64,000 nt of DNA. Origin: Camelus ferus. Its lineage: Eukaryota. Positions 37,493 through 51,533 of the stretch are shown here, piece after piece (position 1 is the stretch's first letter; the number at the start of each line of letters is the position of its first letter). Under the pieces are notes generated by a model. The model searched no databases, was not told the DNA's origin, and worked only from the letters and a program-made list of their open reading frames with translations. Location of the stretch: positions 32,614,001-32,678,000 of the forward strand of contig NC_045696.1 in assembly GCF_009834535.1 (NCBI RefSeq), written 5' to 3'. Made by a program: the position numbers and the translations under genes.

Positions 37493-39022
37493 TAGAAAAA
37501 AATTCACTGCAAACTAGACATATGAGAAATTAAAAATAATGATGACACTTTTTTAGGCTAAGAGAATTTCTTTAAACTCATCAGATTTCATTTGCACCAC
37601 CAGTTCTGTATCCATATGGTGTTATCCCCTGGATCCAGAATTCCCTCATTCCAAAAGCCCCTGATATTTATAGTCACATGCTGAAAAATTTGACTTTACA
37701 TCATTTATACCTTTATAGAATTTAAGACATTTGATTACTCTCCATCTCATTTCAAGCCATGTCAAAAGGTATAGTGTTCTCAGTTACAATTTCAAGAAAA
37801 TCATTGACTCAGCAGATTTTGGGAACCCCCCCCCAAAAAAAAAGACTATAGTAAGGGAGAGGACTCTGAGCTTCTATTCTGGGAAGGACAGGCAGGCTTT
37901 GAGTAATAGCTAGGAAATCAGAGTTGTTGTGTGACATACTGAATGGGTGCGTGTTCAGTTACTCTGTAATTTATCAGGCATTTGTTACTGAATTGATCCA
38001 CATTTTTAAAGAGTCGACAAAATTTGATAATAACTAGTAATGATATGCATTATGATCTGGGATACTAGATCAGTACTGGAATAAAAGCAGTTCATGAGAA
38101 CTAAGATCTACTTCTTGATTTATTATTAGTCATATTAACATCCAAATTACCCAATTTAATTGTAAGTTCTCAAAGCAAAATCTTAAGCATGGTGTAAAGT
38201 ATAATTTACAAAGATATAGATAATGCACAAACAAACACTGAAATATTATTTACACACTAAAGTTATCAGAAAGCAAGTAACTTCTACAAAAACATTTTCT
38301 TCTGGTTACATTTAATGGTTATACATATTTCTTTAAATTTGATGCTTTAGAATATTTTATCAATGTGTCAGGTGATTTTAATGTATTCAGTCCTTAAGTA
38401 ATTGATATCGTTGTCACTCTCCTATAGATGTGGACACAAAGTCTAGCAGATACGAAATGAGAGAGCCCATGTGCGTGTGACCTAGAGCTCAGTGGATCTT
38501 GTCACTATATATAAAGTCTCAAAATAACGATTTAATAATTTAAACTCTCTAAATAATTATAATTATAATGAATTTGTATGTCTACCATTATAGTAAGAGT
38601 TTATTAAATAATGTCATTCAAACAGAATTTATTAACAATTCTTAACATTTATGTTAGCATCTAAATGATTTCAGTGAAAAACAGTATGATGCTTTTTTAA
38701 AAAAATAATGTTCAAGTACATTAAAAATGGAACTATAAATAGGAAAATTATTTCCATAAATAACAATTTCAAAAACTGAGTTTTATATTTGTTCATTGTA
38801 TATGGAGTATATGTGGGATAGAAAACAAGGAAACTAAATATTTTGGAAACATAAATATTCATTAAATAAAGCTTTATAGGCAAAGGAATAGAAATACCTA
38901 AAGTCTTTGGCACTAGAGCTTTGAAGTTTCTGCAGCATCTGACTCCACAATTAGAATTCATACATTAATTTCCCTAGGTCTCATTAATAACAATAACAGG
39001 AATTACCCTCAACACTCTCACA

Positions 39023-39039
39023 CTCCCTCTCTCTCTCTC

Positions 39040-39093
<54 letters not shown>

Positions 39094-39094
39094 C
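39023..39094. repeat. (CT)n microsatellite
   Basis: 72-nt pure pyrimidine, near-perfect CT repeat. Confidence 0.95.
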
Positions 39095-39489
39095 GAAAAA
39101 CCCAGAAAACAAAACAGTAAACGCCGACCCTCTTTGTCTTATTTCTCATCGCAGGCAGGTTCTCACATCAAGAGAATGCTGTTTGAGTCAACTGCTTTTT
39201 TTCTTTCTTTCTTTCTTTCTTTTTTAACTAAGACTTTATTGTTATAAAAGTAACTGCAAAATTCAGGATTCTTTCTATAGTTTCCATACTTTTCACTTTA
39301 TTCCCAAAATAAAGATCCGGATTGGGTTACATAGTTCCTAGGCAGTCCAGAGTGTATTGGTGTCCTCTGACAGAGCCAGTTCACTCTTACATTCAGATTA
39401 GCCCCTTTATCAGGCCTTCAGACTGTCTGTTGCCTTTTCCTAACGTGTGGTATGAATCCTAGCCACTCATTAGATTGCATCTGTTAGTG

Positions 39490-39682
39490 CTTAACAGTGG
39501 TTGAGAGCATAGAATCCAGTAATTATGGCTGAGTTCTAATCCACTTATTAGTTGTTAATTTTAGGTAATTTATTTAACCTCTCTCTGCCTTAACTTCCTG
39601 CTTAGTAAGATGATGATAATAGTGGTGTGATATGAGCGCCTGGCATATTTCAAGTCCTCGGTAAAGAAAGCCATTGTTATTT
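39490..39682 (+). mobile_element. MIR SINE (internally deleted)
   Basis: cagtggttgagagcatag...ccacttattagttg...ttatttaacctctctctgccttaacttcc...gcgcctggcata. Confidence 0.75.
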
Positions 39683-39699
39683 CCTCATGCGTTTATCTG

Positions 39700-39850
39700 C
39701 ATCTCCTTCAACAAGTATTAACTGAACGAATATCAACTCAACACCAGAGGGCCAGACACCATACCATGCTCAATGGTAAATGAGAAGAAAAACAAAACAC
39801 ACATTAGACACTTAAAATCCTTAATATCTCACAGGAGAACAAAAATGCCT
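39700..39850 (-). mobile_element. L2 3' end
   Basis: ttcaacaagtattaactgaac...gccagacaccataccatgc. Confidence 0.4.
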
Positions 39851-42800
39851 CCAAAAAATTAAAACATAACTCAATAAATCCTCTTCCAGAACCCATGGAT
39901 CCAGAATACACGATGGGGTGTGGTCAAAAATATTCAAATTGTGGGTGCTACCACTCTGCCTGTTACTTTAGCAGTGAAGGTGCCGTGAGTATTGACATAC
40001 AGTGGATGAAAATATAAGCATCATTTCAGGCAGTGTGTCTCTTGAAATTACAAAAACTATGTGTCACCAGCACCTAGATTTATAGATATTCACTCCTTGG
40101 AAATTCTTTTTTTTTAGGGAAAAAAATGCTATAGGAAATTAAGCTGTCAACAAAGAAAGAAAGCAAGGGAAGGGAGGGAGGAGTGGAAAGAGGAAAGAAA
40201 GAAGGAAACCAACATCTTAAACCAACTGCAGTATCAATCCTCATTTTACCAGTTTCCTTGCTGTATCACTCAAGGGACCCTCGGTCAGTGCAGATCACTG
40301 TCTGTCAGTTACATAAACCACCTCATCCTTGCAATCATAGGTTAAATTCAGTTTGGGTCTTTTGATTATAAGCTCTCTGAGGGAAGAAACTAGCTTATCT
40401 GAATCAGACCCATCAGTGTTATTTCAAGAGTTGCTGTGAAAGGACTTCTGAGGATTAAGATATCTTGAAGATCACTTCTTCCTTGCTTTTGCCTTTCTAG
40501 AAGTTTGTTTCTTTCATATTCAGGAGTTTACACTTGAAATTCTTTTCATCCCTTAGAAAGAGATTTAGATAGTGTGATCATGCATCTTATCTTTAAGGAA
40601 GAGTTCCACCACCACCCCTTGCCTCTATTCTCAATGCATGTCAATGAGTAACTAAAACTCAACATTGCTTACATAAGAGCAAAGCAAATTTGTAACTAAA
40701 TTTCCTAAATCTCAGACTGTTAGAAATTCTAAAAAGACAAACACAAAGCAACCCATCAACTGATAAAAATCATTTTACAATCTATTATACAAAGCTGACT
40801 ACAAAGTGTGATTAAATGTCTTTTCATGAAAGTGATAGTTATGCTCACATGTGTGAATAGACACTGAATATGATGCCAAAGCTTTAAGCTATTGGCAAGC
40901 AAAAGTGACTCATGTCCAATAACCCAGTATCCTCTCTTTTGTCAAGTCCATGGATACCAGAGTGATGAATTGACATGGAATAGAATTAAAGCTAAAGAGA
41001 TGGTATTAGAATGAACAACTAGAAATATTTATATCATGTACTGTTTTAAAACAAAGAACATAAATAGTGTAATCGAATAAACAAGACATCTTTATTATTT
41101 GGCTTGCATTTTCCTGTAGAAAAGTGCATTTTAAAACTTAATGTAAAATGATAGAATTTTATGTGTAAAATTCTTAGAGCAAGCAGTGAACACACACACA
41201 TACACCTATGTATAAGGATAATAGATAGACAGACAAATACAATATTGGGACTATTATGAAGGAAAAACTTAGTGAAAATTCCTTTAAGAAGTATCCATAG
41301 ATTGAGATGTAAACGTATGAATAGTGATTACTTCGTTACTAATAGTATACTCTCTCAGTGCCAGCCAGCATTTTTGTAGAAGTACTGAACATACAAAATA
41401 TTTTTCGAAAGAAAATTTTAATTTTAAATGTCTGTGCAATCCTCAAAACATCATCTTTTCAACAATGATTTGATATAATCTAGATTATGACACAAAGTAT
41501 CAGTCCTGGGGGTATTGCTACAGTTAGAAATGTTAAAGATCAAAAACTGATCTATCCCCACCTTTCCCCAATGCTGCCATATTTTTTTGTGACTGTGCTG
41601 GTGAATATCTAACTTAGGCAAATACTTCTAAGATTTGGAAGAATACCATTTTATATGGCAGTTTTTTTTTTTTTTTGAGTTCGTTCTGGTTGTTAAAATG
41701 TTATTTTGAGGTGACATCCACTTTCTCATGCTTTCCATTTTGAAGTAAGATGTTCTTTGTTATTTTTTTAAAAAAGGAAATAAAGCTCAAAGGATGCTGT
41801 GTCAAGATAATGTTCTTCAACAGTGAGAGGCTTCCTCTAATAATGGTACTGTATTTAAACACCAGTATATAAGTTGTCCTCTTTTCTGACAGAAACATAC
41901 AGTGGTTTTCTAGCTACATTGTAGTAAATCCAGTATCTGCCAGATTATCAAAAAACTATGTTTTACAATTATATATTTAAAAAAATAAGATGATGAATTG
42001 TGCTTCAGAGATGTGTTATATAAACGAGTGTATAGAAGCTGCTTTTAAGTTCTATGAGTTGTTTTTTTACATAAAAGGTAATGTCTGCTCATGAATGAAA
42101 CATTTTAAATGAAATAAGGAGAGAATGATTCTGAGGGGACATCATATTCCTATGTTAATAATTTATAAGCATCTACCTATTAGAATCACTAACTAACTTT
42201 GAAATTTTGCATTAAATTCTTAGATATATTTTGCCCAGTACATATAATAGAAAGTAACTTATACTTGAAATGTGTTATGTCTTTATACGTCCTCTCTTGG
42301 TTCAGTGCAATTACTCTGTTGTAACCATGAGAGCCTGTAATGAAATAGACTCAAGTTTATTCTGGGGAGATACTCATTTCTACTAGATTCTATTGCTTCA
42401 GATCTTTTTTTTATTTCCTTTCCCTTGGAAATCTGAGAAAATCCTATGATTTGGATAATGAACACAGGGTTTTCAGATTTTTTAAATCCATCACAACGTT
42501 TCTGACACATCCAGCAATCACAAAACCAGCACTGGCCTGAGCATGATGACAACTTGTCAGACTGAAGTGCTATGCCTGCCTACCTAGGCATTTTCATGTT
42601 TTGTAGATAACAAGGTGAAAAGTGAGTAAACACTACACAACAAGAGCACAAAAGAATTTCCCATTTGCATTCCACTGCTTACATCTTCTCCAAGGATTAC
42701 TGTAGTTTCACAAAATGAAAGTATATATGTAAGTTAAAATTGGCACATGAAAGATATGAATACAGATAAAACTATAAACTTAGAAAATTAGAAATTCAAA

Positions 42801-43504
42801 CAGTTCCTTACCTTACATGAGAGATGGCCTATTTCCATATGGTCACATATGGTTAGAAACAAGGTCTGAATTCTTACAAGTAGATTTTGTAGATAGAAGT
42901 CCTTCCCCATCACCACAAATAATGATAATGATTTGGAGGACTCTTCTTTTTTTTTTTTTTTTTTTTTGAAAGGAGAAATGCAGAGCAATAGTTTACTTTA
43001 TAATTAAGACACTATATTCTGTTGTTAAATATAAATCTCTGTCTAGTATTTCTTTAAGATATGTCAAATACAAATTCTACATATAGTGCTAATCTTGTTC
43101 TCTGCACCAAACTAATTTATTATCTCCATGTTAAAGGAATGTTGTAAATCTAAGATGCGTTTTAAGAATAGGATATCTTTAGGTACTTTACGGTAGTTTA
43201 GTTCATGTAGACTTGCTGGCATTACGTGTGTGTTTTCTCTTGCCTTTTTGTATTTTCCTATCTAGAATTATCACATGCAATCTTCCACAAGTTCTTTTAC
43301 CTGGTTTTTGTAGTTGATTCTTCCTCTGAAGATTTATTGTTCTTTAACCATCTTTCCCCCTTCAACAAATGTTAGCCTAAACCTACTGACTTTATTTTCT
43401 TCCACTGTTTAAAGGTACATACTCATGTTGGTGACTAACCATCATACTCCCCACTCCTTTCTCCACTGGGTTTTAAAAACCTCAGTTTATTTGTTTGCAA
43501 CCAC

Positions 43505-43950
43505 TGTTGGTCAGGTATTGCAACAGGAAGATGTTATAAACCACCCCAAACCTCAGAGGCCTGTGCATTTATTTCTCACTCATGAGTCTGTAGGCTTTCT
43601 GGGGTTGTTCTGGATTCATTTGGGATGGGCTTCAGGCTCTGGGTTGAGGTCAGGTCTGACTCATATGTCTCTTATTCTTGGCTCCAGTTCAAAGAGCCCG
43701 TGAGTTACTGGAGCAAGTGCTTCTCACGGTGATTGACAGGAGTAGAAAAGGCCAAGACAAATCATGCAGCCACATTTAAAGTTTCTGCTGTGGCAACATG
43801 GCTCATGTCTGCCCACATTCCAGTGGTCAAAGCAAATCAAATGGCTGCACCCAAACTCAACGAGGCAGTGATGTTTATTTTACCAACAGTGAAGTCATAG
43901 CATGGACTGGCAAGAAAGGCAGAATTGAGAACAAAATGCCATTTATCACA
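43505..43950 (-). mobile_element. MLT1I-like (ERVL-MaLR) solo LTR
   Basis: aaaccaccccaaacctcagaggc..gcatttatttctcactcatg..ttcaggctctgggttgaggtcaggtctg..cacatttaaagtttctgct..cattccagtggtcaaagcaaatcaaatggc..gaattgagaacaaaatgccatttatcaca; TG...CA ends. Confidence 0.85.
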
Positions 43951-45354
43951 ACTAGTAAGAAAGCATTTTATTTCTTTTCAATGCACATGTTAACTACACA
44001 TAGCTTCTGCTCCATTTAGCACCTGAAGTGGCTTAATAAAATGGCACTGGACATTAGCTTTATTGATGTGGGAAGCATATGCCCTTTCAGGTTTACAGGG
44101 TTAATTTAAATATTTTTGAAAAATATGTATCTTTAATTATGTTTACTAAAGATCCTTGATTCATTTTTTCAGATAAAGGTGTTATGTTGACTGCGTAGGG
44201 ATTAACATCAATACTAAGTTGTCTTTTCTTTCCCGATAAAAGAAGCAGGTGGTAGGCACAGGAACTGAATGATCCAGGCACACACTGTTAAGTGTGAGAT
44301 CCCTGGGCTGAGCGTAGACAAGAGTACTTAGATGAGAAAAAACAGGGTGAGATGAGAGGGCAGAGGGTAAGTTAGAGAGATACTACATTCCTCTTATGTT
44401 GAGTTCTTGTTTTGTAGGAAGTTGTTTGGTGTGTCCCTAAACTGGAAAATTTTATAAATACACTGTGTCAATTCAAATAACATCAATCACCTCATAACTC
44501 TTGATTCATAAGACAGCATTTCCATTCACAGTTCTCTTATAAACTGTTACTTCAAGAGTATTGTATGAATGGTTCAAAGATACAATATTTGGAAGTTTCA
44601 TAGTAGTCTCCTTTTTCTTTTAAGAAAAGTAATTGTGTAATTATTGCGGATGATTTTGAAGCACACTCTCTACTGGGAAAAGAGGTAAATGTATTGCTTT
44701 ATTTTGAGACTTTTTTTTTTTTTTTACTATTTGTAACAATGTTTTAATAGCTAACTATATTTAATGGTTTCAGTAATCATCTGTCAGAAGTGTTGGCTTA
44801 AGATCAGCTGCTTTAAAACTAAAAATCATATTTTGCATAATTCTTCAGTATAAAATTGGCATATTTGAAAATACTGAAGAGCAGGCCAATTCATGTAAGT
44901 CTATAGTGATTTACTCTATAACAGGTGTTCATGGTAGTTTAACCAAGAAGCTTTTTTGCTTAATTATAGACAGTGTATGTGTGGATATACTACCTACAGT
45001 TAGGTTATTTGACAACAATTTGAACCTGAATTGAATAATTTTTGTTGAAAATCCAGTTAATTTTAACAATTCACATGTGTAATCATATCCCAAAATCAAG
45101 TCAGACAGTTGTAGACCTGGTGCATAATGGGTTGGCTTCTCATAGAGAGTGTTTATAGTGTTCGTAGAAACTCATCTTCACATTATACTCCTGCCTTGTG
45201 TGGAGGGACACACTGAGAACACATCCTGCAAGCTGGTCTATAAATTTACTTTCGGGAGTTATAATCTACTACTTAATTTGCATTGTTCCCTGGCTATGAA
45301 GATCAATTGGAAAAATGTTTTTGTCTCATGAACAAATATTGTTCATTATTGTAA

Positions 45355-45590
45355 GTCCATGTGATAGACTGGGGAAGTAGATGGCTGTCATAACTAGAGA
45401 CATGGGGGTTCAAATATCAGCTTAATATTGGTTAACTTTCTAGCTTCAATTTGCTCACCTGGAAAATAGGTACATTACTCCCACACAGGATTTATATGAG
45501 GAAAAAATAAAAACACATTGGCCTTTAAAGTTATTAGCATCATTCCTACAGTCCCTAAAATTGCTCAGTGAATAGTTTTTGATACTACTG
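45355..45590 (+). mobile_element. MIR SINE
   Basis: agacatgggggttcaaat...agcttcaatttgctcacctggaaaatagg...cacaggatttatatgagg. Confidence 0.6.
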
Positions 45591-47659
45591 CTGTTACTGC
45601 TATATCTTACATCTTTTTTAAAAAAATTTATGCTCCCTGAAAACTCAGATCTAAATTCTTTATCAAACTTGGGTAATTTGGCAGGACTTCAGCTGCATTC
45701 CTGTATTTTATTTCCTCTAGTATTATTAAGCATAACTTTAAGTAGACAAACGCTACATGGTCTTCTTGGTAATGTGTAATTTCACTCAACAAAGTAATAT
45801 GTTTTTGTTGCATCCCATTGAATAAAAGCCCCTAATATCCTTTAAAATTGTAGAGATGCAGTCTAAATGTGTACCTCAGTGAGAATGTTAACTTTCTGAA
45901 AGCGTTTTATTATTCATAATATTTACTGGGAATGTTTAGAAGAGTGAAAATGGAGAAGACTTAGGGTATGTGAGAAGGTGCCTACCTGTCATGATTTTTA
46001 ACTTTATATAAGTAATAAACTTTTATTCTATGCTGTGATCTAGAGATAATTTAAAATGAATGTAGGTTCTGTGTATCAGAACTAAGTTTCTCTCTGTTGT
46101 ACTTTAATTAAAAATAAAACACTGATTTTAAATCTGCTTTTATGAATTGCTCTCAATATTTATATTTAAAATATTATAAATCAACAGATACTTTGATCCT
46201 GCTTTCATATCAAACTTCACTGTCATTCATTTTGGAAAATTGTATATAAAGCAAAATTCTTTGAAATTATACAATATTATTTTAAAATCAGAAGGCCAAA
46301 TTATATATCTAAACATATGCACATTATTGCATTTTTAGTAATAGTAAATCTTTATCAGTTTTGTAACCAATGCTTATAAATTAAATGTATATTACTAATT
46401 GGCTTGGATGAAAACCTGAATACTGTAGTAGTATTTTACACAGTGTGTGCTTTGGAGATTTGCAGTTGAGGAATACTTTCTAGTTAAATTGAAAGGTCAT
46501 AAGAAAGGGAAAAGATTAAATGATATCAAAGTGACAGCCTGCCTATGACAATAATTACAAACATCCTATTTAATATGAATATAGCTGATCTATCAGCTCT
46601 CTCTTAGTTATCACTGATGTCCCTTCAGTAGCAGGTAGTATTGAAAATGTTGAGTTAAACAGTTTAATTTACAATGAAATGAAATGAATCTCAGTAGAAT
46701 AAATCAAATGTCTCACCCATGAAGGGTAATAATCTTTCTTCTGATAAAAAAAAAAAAAATGACATCCATGACTGAGTTATGTCTTTTCACACTTAGAAAT
46801 TACGGGAAACTATTTCTAGGTAGATATTTATATCTTATTATTTAATTTTTAATAATTTTTAATAACTTTACCTGATTTTCTAAAAATATTGTCAATAAAA
46901 CAGCATTTACTTTGTCAGTTTATATTGATGGCAGAAAAGTTTCTTATGTAATTGAAGAATATCAGTTATTAACTCAAAATCTGTAAATTGCAGGAACTGT
47001 AATTATTACTATGAATGTCTTTTTTTCCCCTAACTTTTAGCATTGTGCATTCTATTTTTAATGATGCCATATTTTCTCCCTTTATTTCCTTGAAAGCAGT
47101 TAGATACACATGAAAGGGAAGTTGAAATTGCCTGCTGGCATATCAAGTCAGTGCACATAGCTTGGCTTCAATCAGTGAGAGCAGAAATGAAACCCGTTAC
47201 TGTGGATGAATATTTAACTGCCACAGCTAAAGGCACTGGTCCTTCAAACAGCTTGTGGAGACTGTAGGGTCAAACTAGAGAAGTTTTCATTGAGCACTAT
47301 GTAGGAATTTTAGTTAAATTGCTTTCATTAGTATTAGTAAGGGACTCAAAGAAAAGACTGCATTGCACTTTAAAATAGTAGCAATAAACTAAACTTTCAT
47401 TAAAATAGTTTGTTTTTTAGTAAATATCCCTTTATTATTTTGTGAGTGTCTAGAAACCACTCATAGTCAACATTATTTAGAAGGTCAGTAAAATGATGAC
47501 CTTTTGTATTACTGAATATAATTCAGTCCCAGTTCTTCTAGATGCTGGCTTTGTAATTCTGCTTCCTTTCAGAAACCATTTCACCTTCCCTGCAGAGATG
47601 TACTTTAAGGACCAGCAATTTGGAATGGATCTTAATTGTCTTTCTATGAGGTTCCAATT

Positions 47660-47800
47660 GTGTATGTGTATATATAGACATATACACACATCCTTATGTA
47701 AATATTCGTATATATCCATATGTGAGTATATATATACACATATATTTTGTATATATATGTATCTATACATACAAATGCAAAAGAACTATGTGTAGATATG
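47660..47800. repeat. Degenerate (TA/TG/CA)n low-complexity tract
   Basis: Directly visible; explains the two overlapping ~100-aa ORFs. Confidence 0.8.
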
Positions 47801-49724
47801 TAAAAGTAATACATTTGTAGTAAATGTTAGTCATATAAGAAAATAGAAAAAGGCTATTTGAATCAAAATGTTTTAACATTAAAATTTAGTATTCTATATT
47901 GTGAGCCTGTGAAATGACCAACCATATAGCTGCAGCATATGAGATATAATTTCGCCAGAGGTACTCAAATGAAGATAATTATGGCTTTTTCTTCACTAAA
48001 AATCTAACACTCTGTTACTTAAAATTTGAGGGACAAAAAATAAAAAGATAAAATTATACCCGATAACAAAATAAAACAAAAATAATACCCAAATAAAGGA
48101 ATATACAGCAAGGAAAATATCAGCCCTCCAACAGTTCATTTCTCATTTTAGTTGAAAATAAAGTTTAAAGTTTTTATTGAAGATATAAACCAGTTAGAGA
48201 ATTTGGACAATTGTGTGCGATCAACTCTGGTACAGGTACGGCAAACTGATTGCCTGTTGGTATGACTTTTACTGGATTCCCTAGATTTTCTCATCCTGAT
48301 GTGGTTCTCTGCTCTATTTCAAAATAAACCACTTGCAAACGCTTCCCCAAGCGCTGGAGTTGTTTGAATGTTGGGCCGAACAGTATGAATCGGTAGTAAT
48401 AAAAGCATCAGCAGGATTCATTTGCAGCCTCCTGCCGGGAGACACTTTACCTTAGCAGCTCAAATTACATTGAATCGTAATGAATGAAGAAGTGGATCCC
48501 TGCCAGGGAATAGTTTGCAACTTGGAAAAGTAGATATAATTACATAATAATTCTGCCTTTGCAGAAGGTGGCTCTGCTTTAGAAGTACCTGATGTTATTT
48601 ACAGCTGTTACTTGCAGCTCTGTTTAGTCATCGTGTTGGTATATCAATCAAACCCAAGAATTTTATGTTCTTTTTATTTCTGCTTTACTGCTAAACAAAA
48701 AATGTAGTGGCATCTATTTCACTCCTGCAATCTATCTAGGATTTCAGCATCTTAACTCCTAACACTCCATTGCAGTCATTTACTAATCGTAGCTCTCTAT
48801 AATATAGAAATATTTTGTAGTCTCTCTCTTCTTCTTTCCATATATATACATTTGCTTGCTATAGGATTTACCTGCATAATATATCTATCAAATACTTATG
48901 TATTTAACTCACGCAGGTATCCTATAACAAGAAATAACAAAAGTTTGAAGGGTTATTCCATGAGAATACTTTAAATCCACAGAGTTCTTTACATGTGTGT
49001 CCACATTTATTTTTGATTATTTGACTTTTTATCATTTTTCTCTTAATATTCCAAAAATTAAGGGCCATAAAAGTACTATATTGTTATCATTTTAGGTTTT
49101 TCCTGTTTTCTTAATGTGGCATAACATCATGTATTTAAGCTCAAAACATAGTAAGTATTTGAAATAAGATCTTTCTCTATTTTAGATGTGAGGATTATGA
49201 TTTTATAAAAAACTTATTTATGCAGTTAGTTTTGAAAGCATATAAAACACAGGTAATAGTTTATGTACATACATATAATAGCAATCTCTGTGAACTCCAT
49301 GTGGTATATTATGGCCATAATATATATGAACATATATATGAATTTTCAAGTAACTAATCAAAGATACTTTGGAATATCTTATGGATAGTACTTTATTGAA
49401 AGTACAAAGGATAATAAAACTTAATTTCCATTTAATATTTAAATGCCAAACTTATTTGTGCTTCAGAAATGTCATCCCAATTTTGTCAACAAAATGGTGG
49501 GCAAATTCTCTGCTGAAAGAAACAAGACACTAAAGTGGTGCAATAAGGAGTAAAGACCAGCAAAGGCTGATGATAAAGAGGTCAGAGAGAAAATGGCCTA
49601 ATCAACAACACTGAGAACAACATTTGAACTGACTAATTTTTATAGGTGAGTTGATGTGATTGGTTGCAAATTAATAATAGATATTTTAGTAAATGCAGTT
49701 TGCAAGGGGGAAGGGAGATTAAAG

Positions 49725-49930
49725 CAATGGCAATTATCTATGGCCTCTTAGATGTCAGGCACGTGCTATTAGATGGCTTGCATGTATTTTACCATTTAAT
49801 CTTTGCAAAAAATAAAATGCTATGAAGTTGACATTTTATAAGAAGGTTCCTTTACACACAGAGGACAAGTAACTTTCGCAAGGCAGACATCTAAACGGAG
49901 GTGACCTGTAGGTCGTCTAATGCCTGGCTA
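49725..49930 (-). mobile_element. MIR SINE
   Basis: atgtcaggcacgtgcta...gcttgcatgtatt...catttaatctttgc...cagaggacaagtaactttcgcaagg. Confidence 0.6.
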
Positions 49931-50029
49931 ATGCAAAAACCTACCATTGCAGAGATTCACAGTGGACTTTGACTTTATACATTCTGTAGATACACAGCAG
50001 ACCAGACAGGTAACAAAATTAATTAGAGA

Positions 50030-50180
50030 TGAGCAGATAAGTTACACAACTGTGTTTCATTAAATTTTTCAAATTCCTCATTTATAATATGGGAATAATG
50101 AAAGCACCTATTTCATAGGGCTGTTATAATGTTTAAATGAGTTGATATGTGTCAGGTGGTTATTAAATGTTTCTGTTTAT
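50030..50180 (+). mobile_element. MIR SINE 3' part
   Basis: ttcctcatttataatatgggaataatgaaagcacctatttcatagggctgttataatgtttaaatgagttgat. Confidence 0.75.
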
Positions 50181-50686
50181 TTGTTTTTCTCTACCACCTG
50201 GTCTCTGTAGGGGTTTGACATTAATACCTATGATGTAAATAATAAATGACAAACAGTAAACAGACAAAAACAGATAAAATGTTCTTGATTCACTTTAGAT
50301 ATTTGCAATACATTTTTTCCTCTAATTATTTATCCTCTATTATTCATAGTTGTGGTGATTATGCGAGGTTTTAGGGCCTGGATCTTTGCCATGCTTGGTC
50401 AGTTCATGAATTTGCAAGATTCAGATATTCCTTGGGTTGGTTTCTTCCTCCCACCCTGGCCCTGCTTCCCTTATATCCCTGAGATCTAATCATGATAAAC
50501 TTCCATTCAGACACCTCCTGACCATCTTTAATTGTGTATCATGTTGCATAGAAAATACTTTTATCACATTCTCTTGGCACACATTGACTTCTCATTCAGG
50601 ATTCAATTTGAGAATTCTTTTTTGTTGGAAGTCTTACCTGGCATTACTGCCAGGTCTGCATTGTAGGAACAGTCCACTCCTCAGAA

Positions 50687-50862
50687 CAATGGTTCTTAAA
50701 TGTTCACATGCATAAAACTCACCTGAGTAGATTATTAAAAAGTGTATCTTCTTAGGTTCTATCCCCAGACACTAATTCAAAAGATATAAAGATGAAGTCA
50801 AAGAATCTGCATTTTTAACTGAGGTAAATGATATTTGTACAGTCCAGGATAATACTTGAAAG
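50687..50862. mobile_element. MER5A-like hAT-Charlie MITE
   Basis: caatggttcttaaa...tgcataaaactcacctg...ccccagacactaattca...aagaatctgcatttttaac. Confidence 0.7.
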
Positions 50863-51029
50863 TTTGTTTTTATTAGGAAGATATGTAAAATTTATATCAA
50901 GTATTAGTTTGGAATAATTCAGTAGGCATAGTGAATGTGGCATTAAAAGTAGACTTACTAAGAAATAAAGTTAAGCATTTACCTCTTAAAATCTCTAAAT
51001 GCTAATTAGGTTTTCACCTTTGATCACAT

Positions 51030-51533
51030 TTCTCCATATAATCCCCTCCATCAGAGCAGTTAGATCTTTTAAAATATCAACCAGATCCCCTGCTTAAGAC
51101 TGTCTACTAAAGTTCTATTGCCAATAGAGAAGAAAAATCCAAACCTGTTTCTCTGCCTACAAGGCATGTCTGGTCACTTCTTATCTTTCTTGTTGTAGTT
51201 TTTAGAATAATTTCCCAGTTTAAAAAAAAAATCTTTTCAACTGAATTTATTTTTAATTGCTCAAAAACACCAAACTTGTGCTCACAGTAAGGACTTTTGT
51301 CCCCACTTTTATCTGGGCAAGGATCACTCCTCTTTGCAGACAGTTGCTCAGTCTCATCACTTCAGATATCAGCTCAAATATCATCTCTTCAGAGAGGCAC
51401 TCTTGAACACCGTATCTAAAATATTTCCCATCACCTCCAGCCCCTTTTCATACTGCTCCACAGTATTTCCAGCACCTAGGACAGCAGCTGGCACACTACA
51501 GCTCAATAAACATGCATTGAATAATGAATGAAT
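51030..51533 (+). mobile_element. L2a-like 3' region
   Basis: cttcagatatcagctcaaatatcatctcttcagagaggc...gtatttccagcacctaggacagcagctggcaca...ctcaataaacatgcattgaataatgaatgaat. Confidence 0.8.

Noticed and set aside
47100..47267. 55-codon open frame after an acceptor-like sequence (LDTHEREVEIACW...)
   Set aside because: No convincing donor, no recognised homology, length within chance expectation
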